From contig JAISLA010000003.1 in NCBI GenBank assembly GCA_031260705.1, positions 76,615 through 140,614 of the forward strand: DNA of 64,000 nt, given 5' to 3'. Shown piece after piece: positions 56,336 through 64,000 of the stretch. Below the pieces are notes generated by a model. It was not told where the DNA came from, ran no database searches, and was given only the letters and a program-made list of their open reading frames with translations. Position 1 is the stretch's first letter, and each line of letters starts with the position of its first letter. Made by a program: the position numbers and the translations under genes. Origin of the DNA: Endomicrobium sp. (GTDB lineage: Bacteria > Elusimicrobiota > Endomicrobiia > Endomicrobiales > Endomicrobiaceae).

Positions 56336-56980
56336 ATGAATAAAATTATTTTAGCATTAGACGTCTGCGATTTTAAAAGAGCTGAAAAACTTGTAAAAGA
56401 AACGTTTTCTTACATCGACGTTTATAAAGTGGGTCCGATGTTGTTTTTACTGTCCGGCAGAGAGATAGTAAAAATGATAAAAGACAGTGGAAAAGAGGTG
56501 TTTTTGGATTTAAAGTTTCATGATATACCTGCTACCGTAAAACGTTCTGTTGAATCTGCAAAAGAACTCGGTGTTTTTAGTCTGACTGTTCATTCGACAG
56601 GCGGGGAAGAAATGCTTAAGGCTGCCGCATCCGTCGAAAACAGACCCAGAATATGGGCGGTAACGGTTTTAACAAGCCAAATTACGGTTCCGCAGGAAGT
56701 TATAAAAAGAGCGAAACTCGCAAAAACCTGCGGGATTGACGGCGTAATATCGTCGCCGCTTGAAATAGGACTTATAAAAAAAGAATGCGGAAAAGAATTT
56801 AACGTTGTAACTCCAGGTATCAGACTCGCAAAGGCTGACGATGATCAAAAAAGAGTGTCGACTCCGGATGCTGCAGTTAAGGAAGGCGCGGATTTTATAG
56901 TTATAGGAAGACCAATATTAGAAGCTGTAAATCCTGCTGAAGCCGCAAAAAGTATTTACGGGAGTATAATAAAAGATTAA
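56336..56980 (+). CDS. pyrF: OMP decarboxylase
   Basis: FLDLKFHDIP.TV, VTVLTS, TPGIR, DDQ.R. Confidence 0.97.
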   Translation: MNKIILALDVCDFKRAEKLVKETFSYIDVYKVGPMLFLLSGREIVKMIKDSGKEVFLDLKFHDIPATVKRSVESAKELGVFSLTVHSTGGEEMLKAAASVENRPRIWAVTVLTSQITVPQEVIKRAKLAKTCGIDGVISSPLEIGLIKKECGKEFNVVTPGIRLAKADDDQKRVSTPDAAVKEGADFIVIGRPILEAVNPAEAAKSIYGSIIKD

Positions 56981-56982
56981 AT

Positions 56983-57612
56983 ATGAAATATTCAATAGGA
57001 AAAACAAATAGGTTATTGCTTGAAGGATTGAAAATAGGGTTTTTGCTACAGGTAGGCAGTATAGGTCCTATTTGTATGCTGGTTTTTCGGCTGGCGCTGT
57101 CTTTGCCGGTCAGTAAATTGCTTATAGGTGTCGTGGGTATAACACTTTCAGATCTTATATACACTTTTTTAGCTGTTCTTTCAGTATCTGCCATGAAGAA
57201 AATACAACAATACCAGCGGATTTTAGATATTATTGTCGGTATTGTATTAGTTGTATTTGGAGTATTGTTCATAACAACGGGAAATGCTGTCAATTACGAT
57301 ACTTTTGGGGGACATGATGTATTTCTTTGGCTGTTCGGATTGAATATGGCAAATCCTATTACCATCGTGTTTATTGCGGGAATTTTTTCGCTTGAAATGA
57401 GCAAACGCGATATGAATTTGAAAGATGCAAGTATTTTTGGATTTGGTTTTTTGATGACAACGCCTATATTTATGATTATTATAATTATTATCGGCAAGTT
57501 TGCAGGCACGATTTTGCCGGAGATCGTTGTTCAGATACTGAATATCATAATGGGAATTGTTCTGATATTTTTGGGAGCAAAAAATATATTTTTTAAGAAA
57601 AAGTCTGTTTAG
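56983..57612 (+). CDS. LysE-family translocator
   Basis: G...G.....SIGPI, SD..Y and NP motifs, about 6 TM segments. Confidence 0.8.
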   Translation: MKYSIGKTNRLLLEGLKIGFLLQVGSIGPICMLVFRLALSLPVSKLLIGVVGITLSDLIYTFLAVLSVSAMKKIQQYQRILDIIVGIVLVVFGVLFITTGNAVNYDTFGGHDVFLWLFGLNMANPITIVFIAGIFSLEMSKRDMNLKDASIFGFGFLMTTPIFMIIIIIIGKFAGTILPEIVVQILNIIMGIVLIFLGAKNIFFKKKSV

Positions 57613-57623
57613 GGAGGTAAAAA

Positions 57624-58205
57624 ATGCGACAGCGACAAGAAGAACTTAGAGAACTGTTCATAAAAAACAGAGCTCTTTTAAACGGGCACTTTAAGCTTTC
57701 AAGCGGACTTCATTCGGATACGTATTTTCAAGCTGCTTTGATTTTGCAGTATCCTGAAGAAGCCGCTCAGCTTGCTGAAGAACTTGCAAAGAAAATTAAA
57801 GAAAATAATATAAAAGTTGATGTTGTTGTATCTCCCGCGTTGGGCGGCGTTATTATAGGACACGAAATGGGAAGGGCTTTAGGTGTGCGGGCAATATTTA
57901 CCGAGAGAATTGATGGTAAGGTCAGCTTAAGAAGAGGTTTTTTTGCAGATAAAAATGAGAAAGTTTTGGTGGTTGAAGATGTTATAACAACGGGTCTTTC
58001 CACGAAAGAAGTCATAGATTCTCTTAAATCCGCCGAAGCCGAAACGGTTGCTGTTGTATCTCTTGTTGACAGAAGCGCGGGAAAAGTTGATTTTGGGGTT
58101 CCGAGATTTTCTCTTTTAAGTCTTGAGGTGAAAAGTTTTAAAGAAGATGAATGTCCGATGTGTAAGGCGGGCAGCAATGCGGTGAAACCCGGCAGCAGAA
58201 AATAA
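57624..58205 (+). CDS. pyrE: Orotate phosphoribosyltransferase
   Basis: GHFKLSSGLHS, VVEDVITTGLS. Confidence 0.96.
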   Translation: MRQRQEELRELFIKNRALLNGHFKLSSGLHSDTYFQAALILQYPEEAAQLAEELAKKIKENNIKVDVVVSPALGGVIIGHEMGRALGVRAIFTERIDGKVSLRRGFFADKNEKVLVVEDVITTGLSTKEVIDSLKSAEAETVAVVSLVDRSAGKVDFGVPRFSLLSLEVKSFKEDECPMCKAGSNAVKPGSRK

Positions 58206-58229
58206 CATTAAAAAATACGACACGAACGG

Positions 58230-58517
58230 ATGGTTCTGCAGATGGTGACGGTTCTTTTGTTTGCTGGTTTTAATTTTAAATATTTAAAAAAGTCTCTATC
58301 AGTATATGTAAAGCCGTATAATATCTCTTGTTGTATCATAATTTCTTTGAATTTATAACAGCTGGCTTGGGCTGATTTGACGGCGCTGCTTTTGATGATG
58401 ACGTCGATTTGGACAATTTTTGTAATTGCAGTATCATATTTTTTTGCTCATTTAGCTCTATTAGAAAAATACTGTGAAGCTACCGTTATGTCTTCTGCTG
58501 GGTTTGCTTTAGTTTAG
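58230..58517 (+). pseudogene. Decayed membrane-protein fragment
   Basis: Hydrophobic frame MVLQMVTVLLFAGF...*...IWTIFVIAVSYFF..AGFALV* with an internal stop. Confidence 0.3.
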
Positions 58518-58691
58518 AGCAACGCCGAGAGTTTCGGCAAATATGCAAGCGGCAAGGCATAAATCCGTTGTAAAAGTATTTTTTGTAGTTCTTGTCTGGA
58601 AAAAGAAAAGGATATAGAATGAGCTCTTTTTTGATAGATTGCACTAATATATTTAAATAATTGCTGTTATAAAGAGACGACGGAGTCTGTT

Positions 58692-59711
58692 ATGTATAAG
58701 AAAGCGGTTGTAAGTATCGGTAATGGAAATAAACTTGTAAAAAGATTTAGAAACAGTAAATTTGAAACCGTTATCAGAAAAAATACTTTTTATTTTTATA
58801 ATTCTTTATTTCAAGATAAATATGAAGCTTATTTGAATTCCATAAATGAGATATTACTTGTTTTAAAGAATGAAATAGATACAAAAGGTTTAAATAAACA
58901 GTGTTTTGAAAATTTATTGCTGAAAGATAACGGATTAAGAGCTTTGTTAGCTTTAACTGGTTTTGCAAACGAGAGTTTAAAAAGATTGATTACAGTGATT
59001 CGAGTAACAGATGATAAAAGTCTTTCAAATTTAACAAATAAGCCGAAATGGGTAAAAACAGTTTCTGGAAATGACATAAAAGAATGGAGTAACAGGACAA
59101 TAGAAAACTTAATTAAGAATAACGGTTATTTTAGAAAGGGAATAATCAATTTGTTTTTTGAGGGTCCGACTGTACCGTTTTTGTCTCAGACTTTGCCGCT
59201 TTTTGAAATAAAGAAACTCGGCATATCAAAACTTAAATTTGAAATTCCTGCTATGATAGATACTCTTGTAAGATATAAAGAAAAGGGCAGTTACTCTGGA
59301 AAAATGGAGAATAATCCTGAATATTTCCTTGCGGAAATTCTTGAGAACTTAGATATTAGTTTTGAGAAAGGTGATTTATCGGAGTTGTTAAAAAATGAAT
59401 TTCAAGAAAAACGTAGGATGGATTTTATAATTCCGGATAGGAAAGATCCAAAAGTAATCATTGAAAGTTCTTTTCTTGTGACTACTTCTTCCGGGCAAGG
59501 TGACAAATCAAAAACAGAACACAGCATAAAAAAACTTATTCATAAATATTATCCCGCGGCAAAATTTATAGGTTTTGTAGATGGTATTGGCTGGTATGTA
59601 AGAAAAAGTGATTTAAAAAGAATGACTGATGCTTATGATGAGGTGTTCACATATCATAAAACAGAAATTGAGCGTTTTAGCAAATATATCAAAAAGAGAA
59701 TTAAGAGATGA
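58692..59711 (+). CDS. Type II restriction endonuclease, DpnII-family-like, apparently intact
   Basis: RRMDFII...IIESSF..T.SS and FIGFVDGIGW motifs; coupled (ATGA) to the MTase. Confidence 0.75.
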   Translation: MYKKAVVSIGNGNKLVKRFRNSKFETVIRKNTFYFYNSLFQDKYEAYLNSINEILLVLKNEIDTKGLNKQCFENLLLKDNGLRALLALTGFANESLKRLITVIRVTDDKSLSNLTNKPKWVKTVSGNDIKEWSNRTIENLIKNNGYFRKGIINLFFEGPTVPFLSQTLPLFEIKKLGISKLKFEIPAMIDTLVRYKEKGSYSGKMENNPEYFLAEILENLDISFEKGDLSELLKNEFQEKRRMDFIIPDRKDPKVIIESSFLVTTSSGQGDKSKTEHSIKKLIHKYYPAAKFIGFVDGIGWYVRKSDLKRMTDAYDEVFTYHKTEIERFSKYIKKRIKR

Positions 59712-60718
59712 AAAAATATATTGATACTGTTACTGCAGGCGATTGTATAGAACTATTGAATAGATTGCCTGATAATAGCGTCGATATGACGTTTGCAGAT
59801 CCTCCTTTTAACTTGAGAAAAAAATACGGCAGATATAACGATCATTTGAAAGATCAGGAATATCTTAATTGGTGTAAAATGTGGATTTTAGAATTGGTAA
59901 GAGTTACAAAATCCACAGGTTCAATATTTTTACATAATATTCCTAAATGGCTGATTAAATATTCGTATTTTTTAGATGATGCTGCCGATTTTAAACATTG
60001 GATAGCATGGGATGCGCAGACTGCTCCGATGGGCAAGACACTGCAGCCCAGCCATTATGGTATATTATTTTATGCAAAAGATGCAGAAAAGTTAGTTTTT
60101 AACGAACTTCGGTATCCGCATAAAAGATCAAGGCAAACAAATATACTGGCTAAAGACTACGGTGGAAAAAAGCATTTATTACATCCTTATGGTCCGCTGG
60201 TTTCTGATGTGTGGACTGATATTCATAGACTAAAACACAATAAATATAGAGATACTCATCCTTGTCAATTGCCTGTCCATTTGCTTGAAAGGTTTATTTT
60301 AATGGCGACAGACGAAAATAATATTGTTTTAGATCCTTTTGTAGGAACAGGAACTACCGCTGTTGCTGCAAAGAGATTAGGCAGACGCTATATAGGTTTT
60401 GATATTGACGATAATTATGTGGATATAACAAAAAACAAATTAAATAATGTTGAATCTAATTCTAGAATCGGCAGTTCTTGGGTAAGTTTCTATTTAGGTG
60501 AGATAATTACGCTGAGGGATAAGGATTGGAATGATATAAAACAGTATTTTTATATTCCGACGAAAAAGCAGGATGTTGATAAACAGCCGATAATTTTAAA
60601 AAATAAGTCAAAAGCTGTCCCAAATTATTGCGCCGTAAAAAATGAAATCAGAGATTTGTCTCTTTTTGCGAACGCAAAAAATTTTAAAATGACAAAAAAG
60701 TTTATTGAAAAATGCTAA
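59708..60718 (+). CDS. Beta-class amino DNA methyltransferase, intact
   Basis: FADPPFN, HPCQLP, VLDPFVGTGTT. Confidence 0.92.
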   Translation: MKKYIDTVTAGDCIELLNRLPDNSVDMTFADPPFNLRKKYGRYNDHLKDQEYLNWCKMWILELVRVTKSTGSIFLHNIPKWLIKYSYFLDDAADFKHWIAWDAQTAPMGKTLQPSHYGILFYAKDAEKLVFNELRYPHKRSRQTNILAKDYGGKKHLLHPYGPLVSDVWTDIHRLKHNKYRDTHPCQLPVHLLERFILMATDENNIVLDPFVGTGTTAVAAKRLGRRYIGFDIDDNYVDITKNKLNNVESNSRIGSSWVSFYLGEIITLRDKDWNDIKQYFYIPTKKQDVDKQPIILKNKSKAVPNYCAVKNEIRDLSLFANAKNFKMTKKFIEKC

Positions 60719-60756
60719 TATAAAAATATAATGGACAAAACAAAAAGAGGAATAAA

Positions 60757-61719
60757 ATGGCGATAACTTATAAAAAAGCAGGTGTCAATATCGATGCCGG
60801 AAATGAACTTGTGGGGAGACTTAAAAAGAAACTCCCCAAAATCGGCGGGTTCGGCGGGTTGTTTCCTATTGCTGAAACAAAATATAATCTTGTAAGTTCA
60901 ACGGATGGCGTGGGAACAAAACTGAAAATTGCGTTTTTACTCAATAAACATGATACGGTAGGAATAGATTTGGTTGCAATGAATGTCAACGATTTAATAT
61001 GTGTAGGGGCAAAACCTCTTTTCTTTTTAGATTATTTTGCCTGCGGTAAACTCAATGTAGATCAGGCGGAACAGGTTATTAAAGGCATAGCTAAGGGATG
61101 CGAGTTGTCCGGCTCGCAGCTTATCGGCGGCGAGACTGCCGAAATGCCCGACTTTTATAAAGATGGCGAGTACGATTTGGTGGGTTTTTCGGTGGGAATA
61201 ATTGAAAAAGACAGAGAAATAAACGGAAGTAAAATAAAGCCCAGTGATATTATAATAGGGTTGCCGTCGAGCGGACCGCATTCAAACGGTTATTCTCTTA
61301 TAAGAAAAGTTTTTTCAGACGGCGAATTAAAAAAGTACTCAAAACAGCTGCTTGCTCCTACAAAGATTTATGTTAAGGAAGTTCTTGCGGCTCTTGCAGA
61401 ATTTAATTCAAAAAAACGGAATATAGCCGGCATTGCCCATATTACAGGTGGAAGTTTTTACGATAAAATAGAAAGGATTTTGCCTGAAAATGTCAAGGTC
61501 ATTATTGAAAAAAATTCATGGAAAGTTCCTGAGATTTTTAAAATTATTCAGGAAAAGGGCGGAGTACCGGAGGAAGATATTTACAGGACTCTCAATATGG
61601 GGATAGGTATGGTTTTAATTGTGCGTTCTGAAATTGCTTTGCAGGTAAAAAAGTTTTTTAAAGGCGCAAAAGCAATAGGTTGCGTTAAAAAAGGCGAAAG
61701 GGGCGTTGAACTTGCGTAA
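60757..61719 (+). CDS. purM: AIR synthetase
   Basis: YKKAGV.I, TDGVGTK, GGETAEMP, SSGPHSNGYS. Confidence 0.97.
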   Translation: MAITYKKAGVNIDAGNELVGRLKKKLPKIGGFGGLFPIAETKYNLVSSTDGVGTKLKIAFLLNKHDTVGIDLVAMNVNDLICVGAKPLFFLDYFACGKLNVDQAEQVIKGIAKGCELSGSQLIGGETAEMPDFYKDGEYDLVGFSVGIIEKDREINGSKIKPSDIIIGLPSSGPHSNGYSLIRKVFSDGELKKYSKQLLAPTKIYVKEVLAALAEFNSKKRNIAGIAHITGGSFYDKIERILPENVKVIIEKNSWKVPEIFKIIQEKGGVPEEDIYRTLNMGIGMVLIVRSEIALQVKKFFKGAKAIGCVKKGERGVELA

Positions 61720-61762
61720 TGTGAATATTTACCCCGAAATAGTTTAAGCGAAAATTAAAGAA

Positions 61763-62371
61763 ATGGACATGTCAATTGGCGGGCATATTTTTACAGTAGT
61801 GTTGACTCTGTCAACAGCGGGGATTAGTCTGTCTGTTGCGATATTTCTTTTATCTGTGACGCTGCTGGGAGATGCTTTAATTTATGCGGATGAAAATTCA
61901 AAGTTGGAATTAAAAAGTATTGAAGATGAAAAAATAAAGCGTCAGAAAGAATTAGATCGAATTTTGGAAAAAATTGAAAGTTTGTCAAAAGAGAATAAAA
62001 CTGATTCGCTGATATATGAAATGAAAAAATTAAGGAAGCTAGAAAGTGAGGAAAAAGTAAAAATAATGAAATTGGAAAGAAAAAGAAAGTATAAGAAAAT
62101 AGAACCACTTAAACTGACGATAGGCTATGTAGTGGTAATACCTGCTTTTTTATTTTTATTTGTGATTATTTGTGCATTTTTAATAAGTTTTCTGGATATA
62201 AGTGTTTATAATCCTAGTTTTGTGATTTGTTTCGTTTTGTGCATTGTTTTTTCCGGTTGTGCAGTAAGTATGCTTTACAAAACTTTAAAATATGTTCAGC
62301 AGGTGTCTTTTGCAGGCATAGAAAAATCTAAAAGAAAAGATATAGAAGCTGCCTTATTTAAAAGAATATAA
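61763..62371 (+). CDS. Hypothetical membrane protein (TM, coiled coil, two TM)
   Basis: Intact 202-aa ORF with an N-terminal hydrophobic helix, K/E-rich heptads and a C-terminal hydrophobic hairpin. Confidence 0.65.
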   Translation: MDMSIGGHIFTVVLTLSTAGISLSVAIFLLSVTLLGDALIYADENSKLELKSIEDEKIKRQKELDRILEKIESLSKENKTDSLIYEMKKLRKLESEEKVKIMKLERKRKYKKIEPLKLTIGYVVVIPAFLFLFVIICAFLISFLDISVYNPSFVICFVLCIVFSGCAVSMLYKTLKYVQQVSFAGIEKSKRKDIEAALFKRI

Positions 62372-62620
62372 TAATAGAAATAAAACTATTTACATCCTCT
62401 TATTAATTTATGGAATAAAAACAAACTTAAGCAGGAATATCCCGATAAAAAGCAGTTTATTTCCGCAAGCCGTCAGAAAATAAGACTGAATTAAATCAAT
62501 AAGTGATAAAATATTTTGCAACGAGAGGAATTTACTTTTGATTTTCTTGATCTTTGAAGGTATTTCAGCTCTCTTGTATCATTACAATAATGGAAGAGTG
62601 AAAAAAATAGAGGTTATATT

Positions 62621-63214
62621 GTGAAACGTCTTACGATTTTAGTTTCCGGTTCTGGTTCTAATATGCAGTCTATAGCGGATTCCACAAATAGAGGAATCTT
62701 AAAAGGACTTGCCGAAATTGTTTTGGTTATTTCAAATAATCCGAATGCTTACGCTCTTAAGCGGGCAGAAAATGAAAATATAAAAGCCGTTTGCATAGAA
62801 AGAAAGAATTTTGAAGATGAAAAATCTTTTAACAGCGCAATATTAGAAGAACTACAGAATATAGAAGTGGATATTGTTTGTCTTGCCGGTTATATGAGAA
62901 TGATAGGACAGGAAATAATAAATGTTTACCGCGGCAGAATGTTGAATATACATCCCGCTATTCTGCCGAAATTCGGCGGGAAGGGAATGTACGGGTATCA
63001 TGTTCATGAAGCTGTTGTGAAAGCCGGAGAAAAAAAATCCGGAGCAACAGTGCATTTTGTGGAAGGAGAATATGATACCGGAAAAATAATTATACAGCGG
63101 GAAGTTAAAGTGTTTAAGAGTGATACACCACAAGATGTTGCGAAGAAAGTTTTAGCTGTAGAACACCGCATATATCCGGAAGCAATAAAAAAAGTTATTG
63201 AAAACGAACTCTGA
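62621..63214 (+). CDS. purN: GAR transformylase
   Basis: SGSGSN, LAGYM, NIHP..LP.FGG, SGATVH.V...D.G. Confidence 0.97.
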   Translation: MKRLTILVSGSGSNMQSIADSTNRGILKGLAEIVLVISNNPNAYALKRAENENIKAVCIERKNFEDEKSFNSAILEELQNIEVDIVCLAGYMRMIGQEIINVYRGRMLNIHPAILPKFGGKGMYGYHVHEAVVKAGEKKSGATVHFVEGEYDTGKIIIQREVKVFKSDTPQDVAKKVLAVEHRIYPEAIKKVIENEL

Positions 63215-63345
63215 GAATGGTTGAGATTTTTAATACGGGCGAAGCGAATTTTGTAGTCAGAAGTTTGCTACTGAGGTTTTTATTATGCGCAGCAGGGTTT
63301 AAGTAAATTTTCAGATTAAAATAAATAAATATAAGAGGTTAGAAA

Positions 63346-64000
63346 ATGATACCACGTTATACAAAGCCTGAAATGGCTGCTATCTGGTCAGATGAAAATA
63401 GATTTAAAAAAATGCTTGACGTTGAAATTTTTGCTGCTGAAGCTATGTCGGAACTTGGTACGGTTCCTGAAAAAGCTGTGGAGACAATAAAGAAAAAAGC
63501 AAAAATTAACGTTGAAAGAATTAATGAAATCGAGCTTACCGTTAAACACGACGTAATATCTTTTCTGACCGCAGTTGTCGAGACTACTGGTCCCGACGGC
63601 AGGTTTTTACATTTAGGTATGACTTCTTCCGATGTTTTGGATACTGCTACCGGGGCGCAGTTAAAACAGGCGACGGGACTGCTTATTGACGAAACAAAGA
63701 AGCTGGCTGTTATAATATCCGGTTTGGCAAAGAAATATAAGATGACTCCCGTAATGGGAAGAACGCATGGCGTTCATGCAGAACCTATGACATTCGGTTT
63801 GAAAGCGGCTTCATGGTACTGTGAGATTATGAGATCTTTAGATAGACTCAATTTTGCTCTTGAAACCGTAAGTTACGGGAAAATCTCCGGTGCAGTAGGA
63901 ACTATGGCGCATTTAGACCCGAAAGTTGAAGAATATGTGTGTAAAAAAATGGGTTTAAAACCGGAGACTGTGTCGACACAAATTATTCCGCGCGACAGGC
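63346..64000 (+). CDS. purB: Adenylosuccinate lyase (runs off window)
   Basis: Manual translation MIPRYTKPEMAAIWSDENRF...HDV...HLGMTSSDVLD...GRTHGVHAEP.TFG...SGAVG. Confidence 0.95.
   Translation, partial: MIPRYTKPEMAAIWSDENRFKKMLDVEIFAAEAMSELGTVPEKAVETIKKKAKINVERINEIELTVKHDVISFLTAVVETTGPDGRFLHLGMTSSDVLDTATGAQLKQATGLLIDETKKLAVIISGLAKKYKMTPVMGRTHGVHAEPMTFGLKAASWYCEIMRSLDRLNFALETVSYGKISGAVGTMAHLDPKVEEYVCKKMGLKPETVSTQIIPRDR

Noticed and set aside
58236-58262. ADGDGSF peptide resembling a LAGLIDADG homing endonuclease motif
   Set aside because: No supporting frame on either side. Another frame reads as a continuous hydrophobic membrane-protein remnant.

Overview
This is a low-GC bacterial chromosomal segment with many decayed genes. 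Gene content and style suggest a genome-reducing Endomicrobium-like (Elusimicrobiota) symbiont, but that is an inference and not a database match. The left part is mostly on the minus strand: the rho 5' end, coaE, polA, trxB, trxA, fmt, def and tRNA-Val(TAC). It also holds a large CoA-substrate activase and an APC amino-acid permease on the plus strand. Next come gyrA, gyrB, dciA-like, dnaN and dnaA with a probable oriC, then rsmA, rseP, mnmE and deaD. The right part is on the plus strand and forms a merged purine/pyrimidine cluster: purC, S, L, Q, D, E; pyrR, B, C, K, D, F, E; purM, N, B. Three restriction-modification cassettes sit inside housekeeping gene runs. Those at gyrB|gyrA and pyrK|pyrD are decayed, and the one at pyrE|purM is intact. 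The least explained signals are: (1) a dispersed family of decayed lipoprotein genes, three sharing a DNA-alignable signal-peptide cassette in front of unrelated bodies; (2) two structured leader RNA candidates upstream of trxA and purD; and (3) several near-perfect short palindromes, one at a deletion breakpoint.
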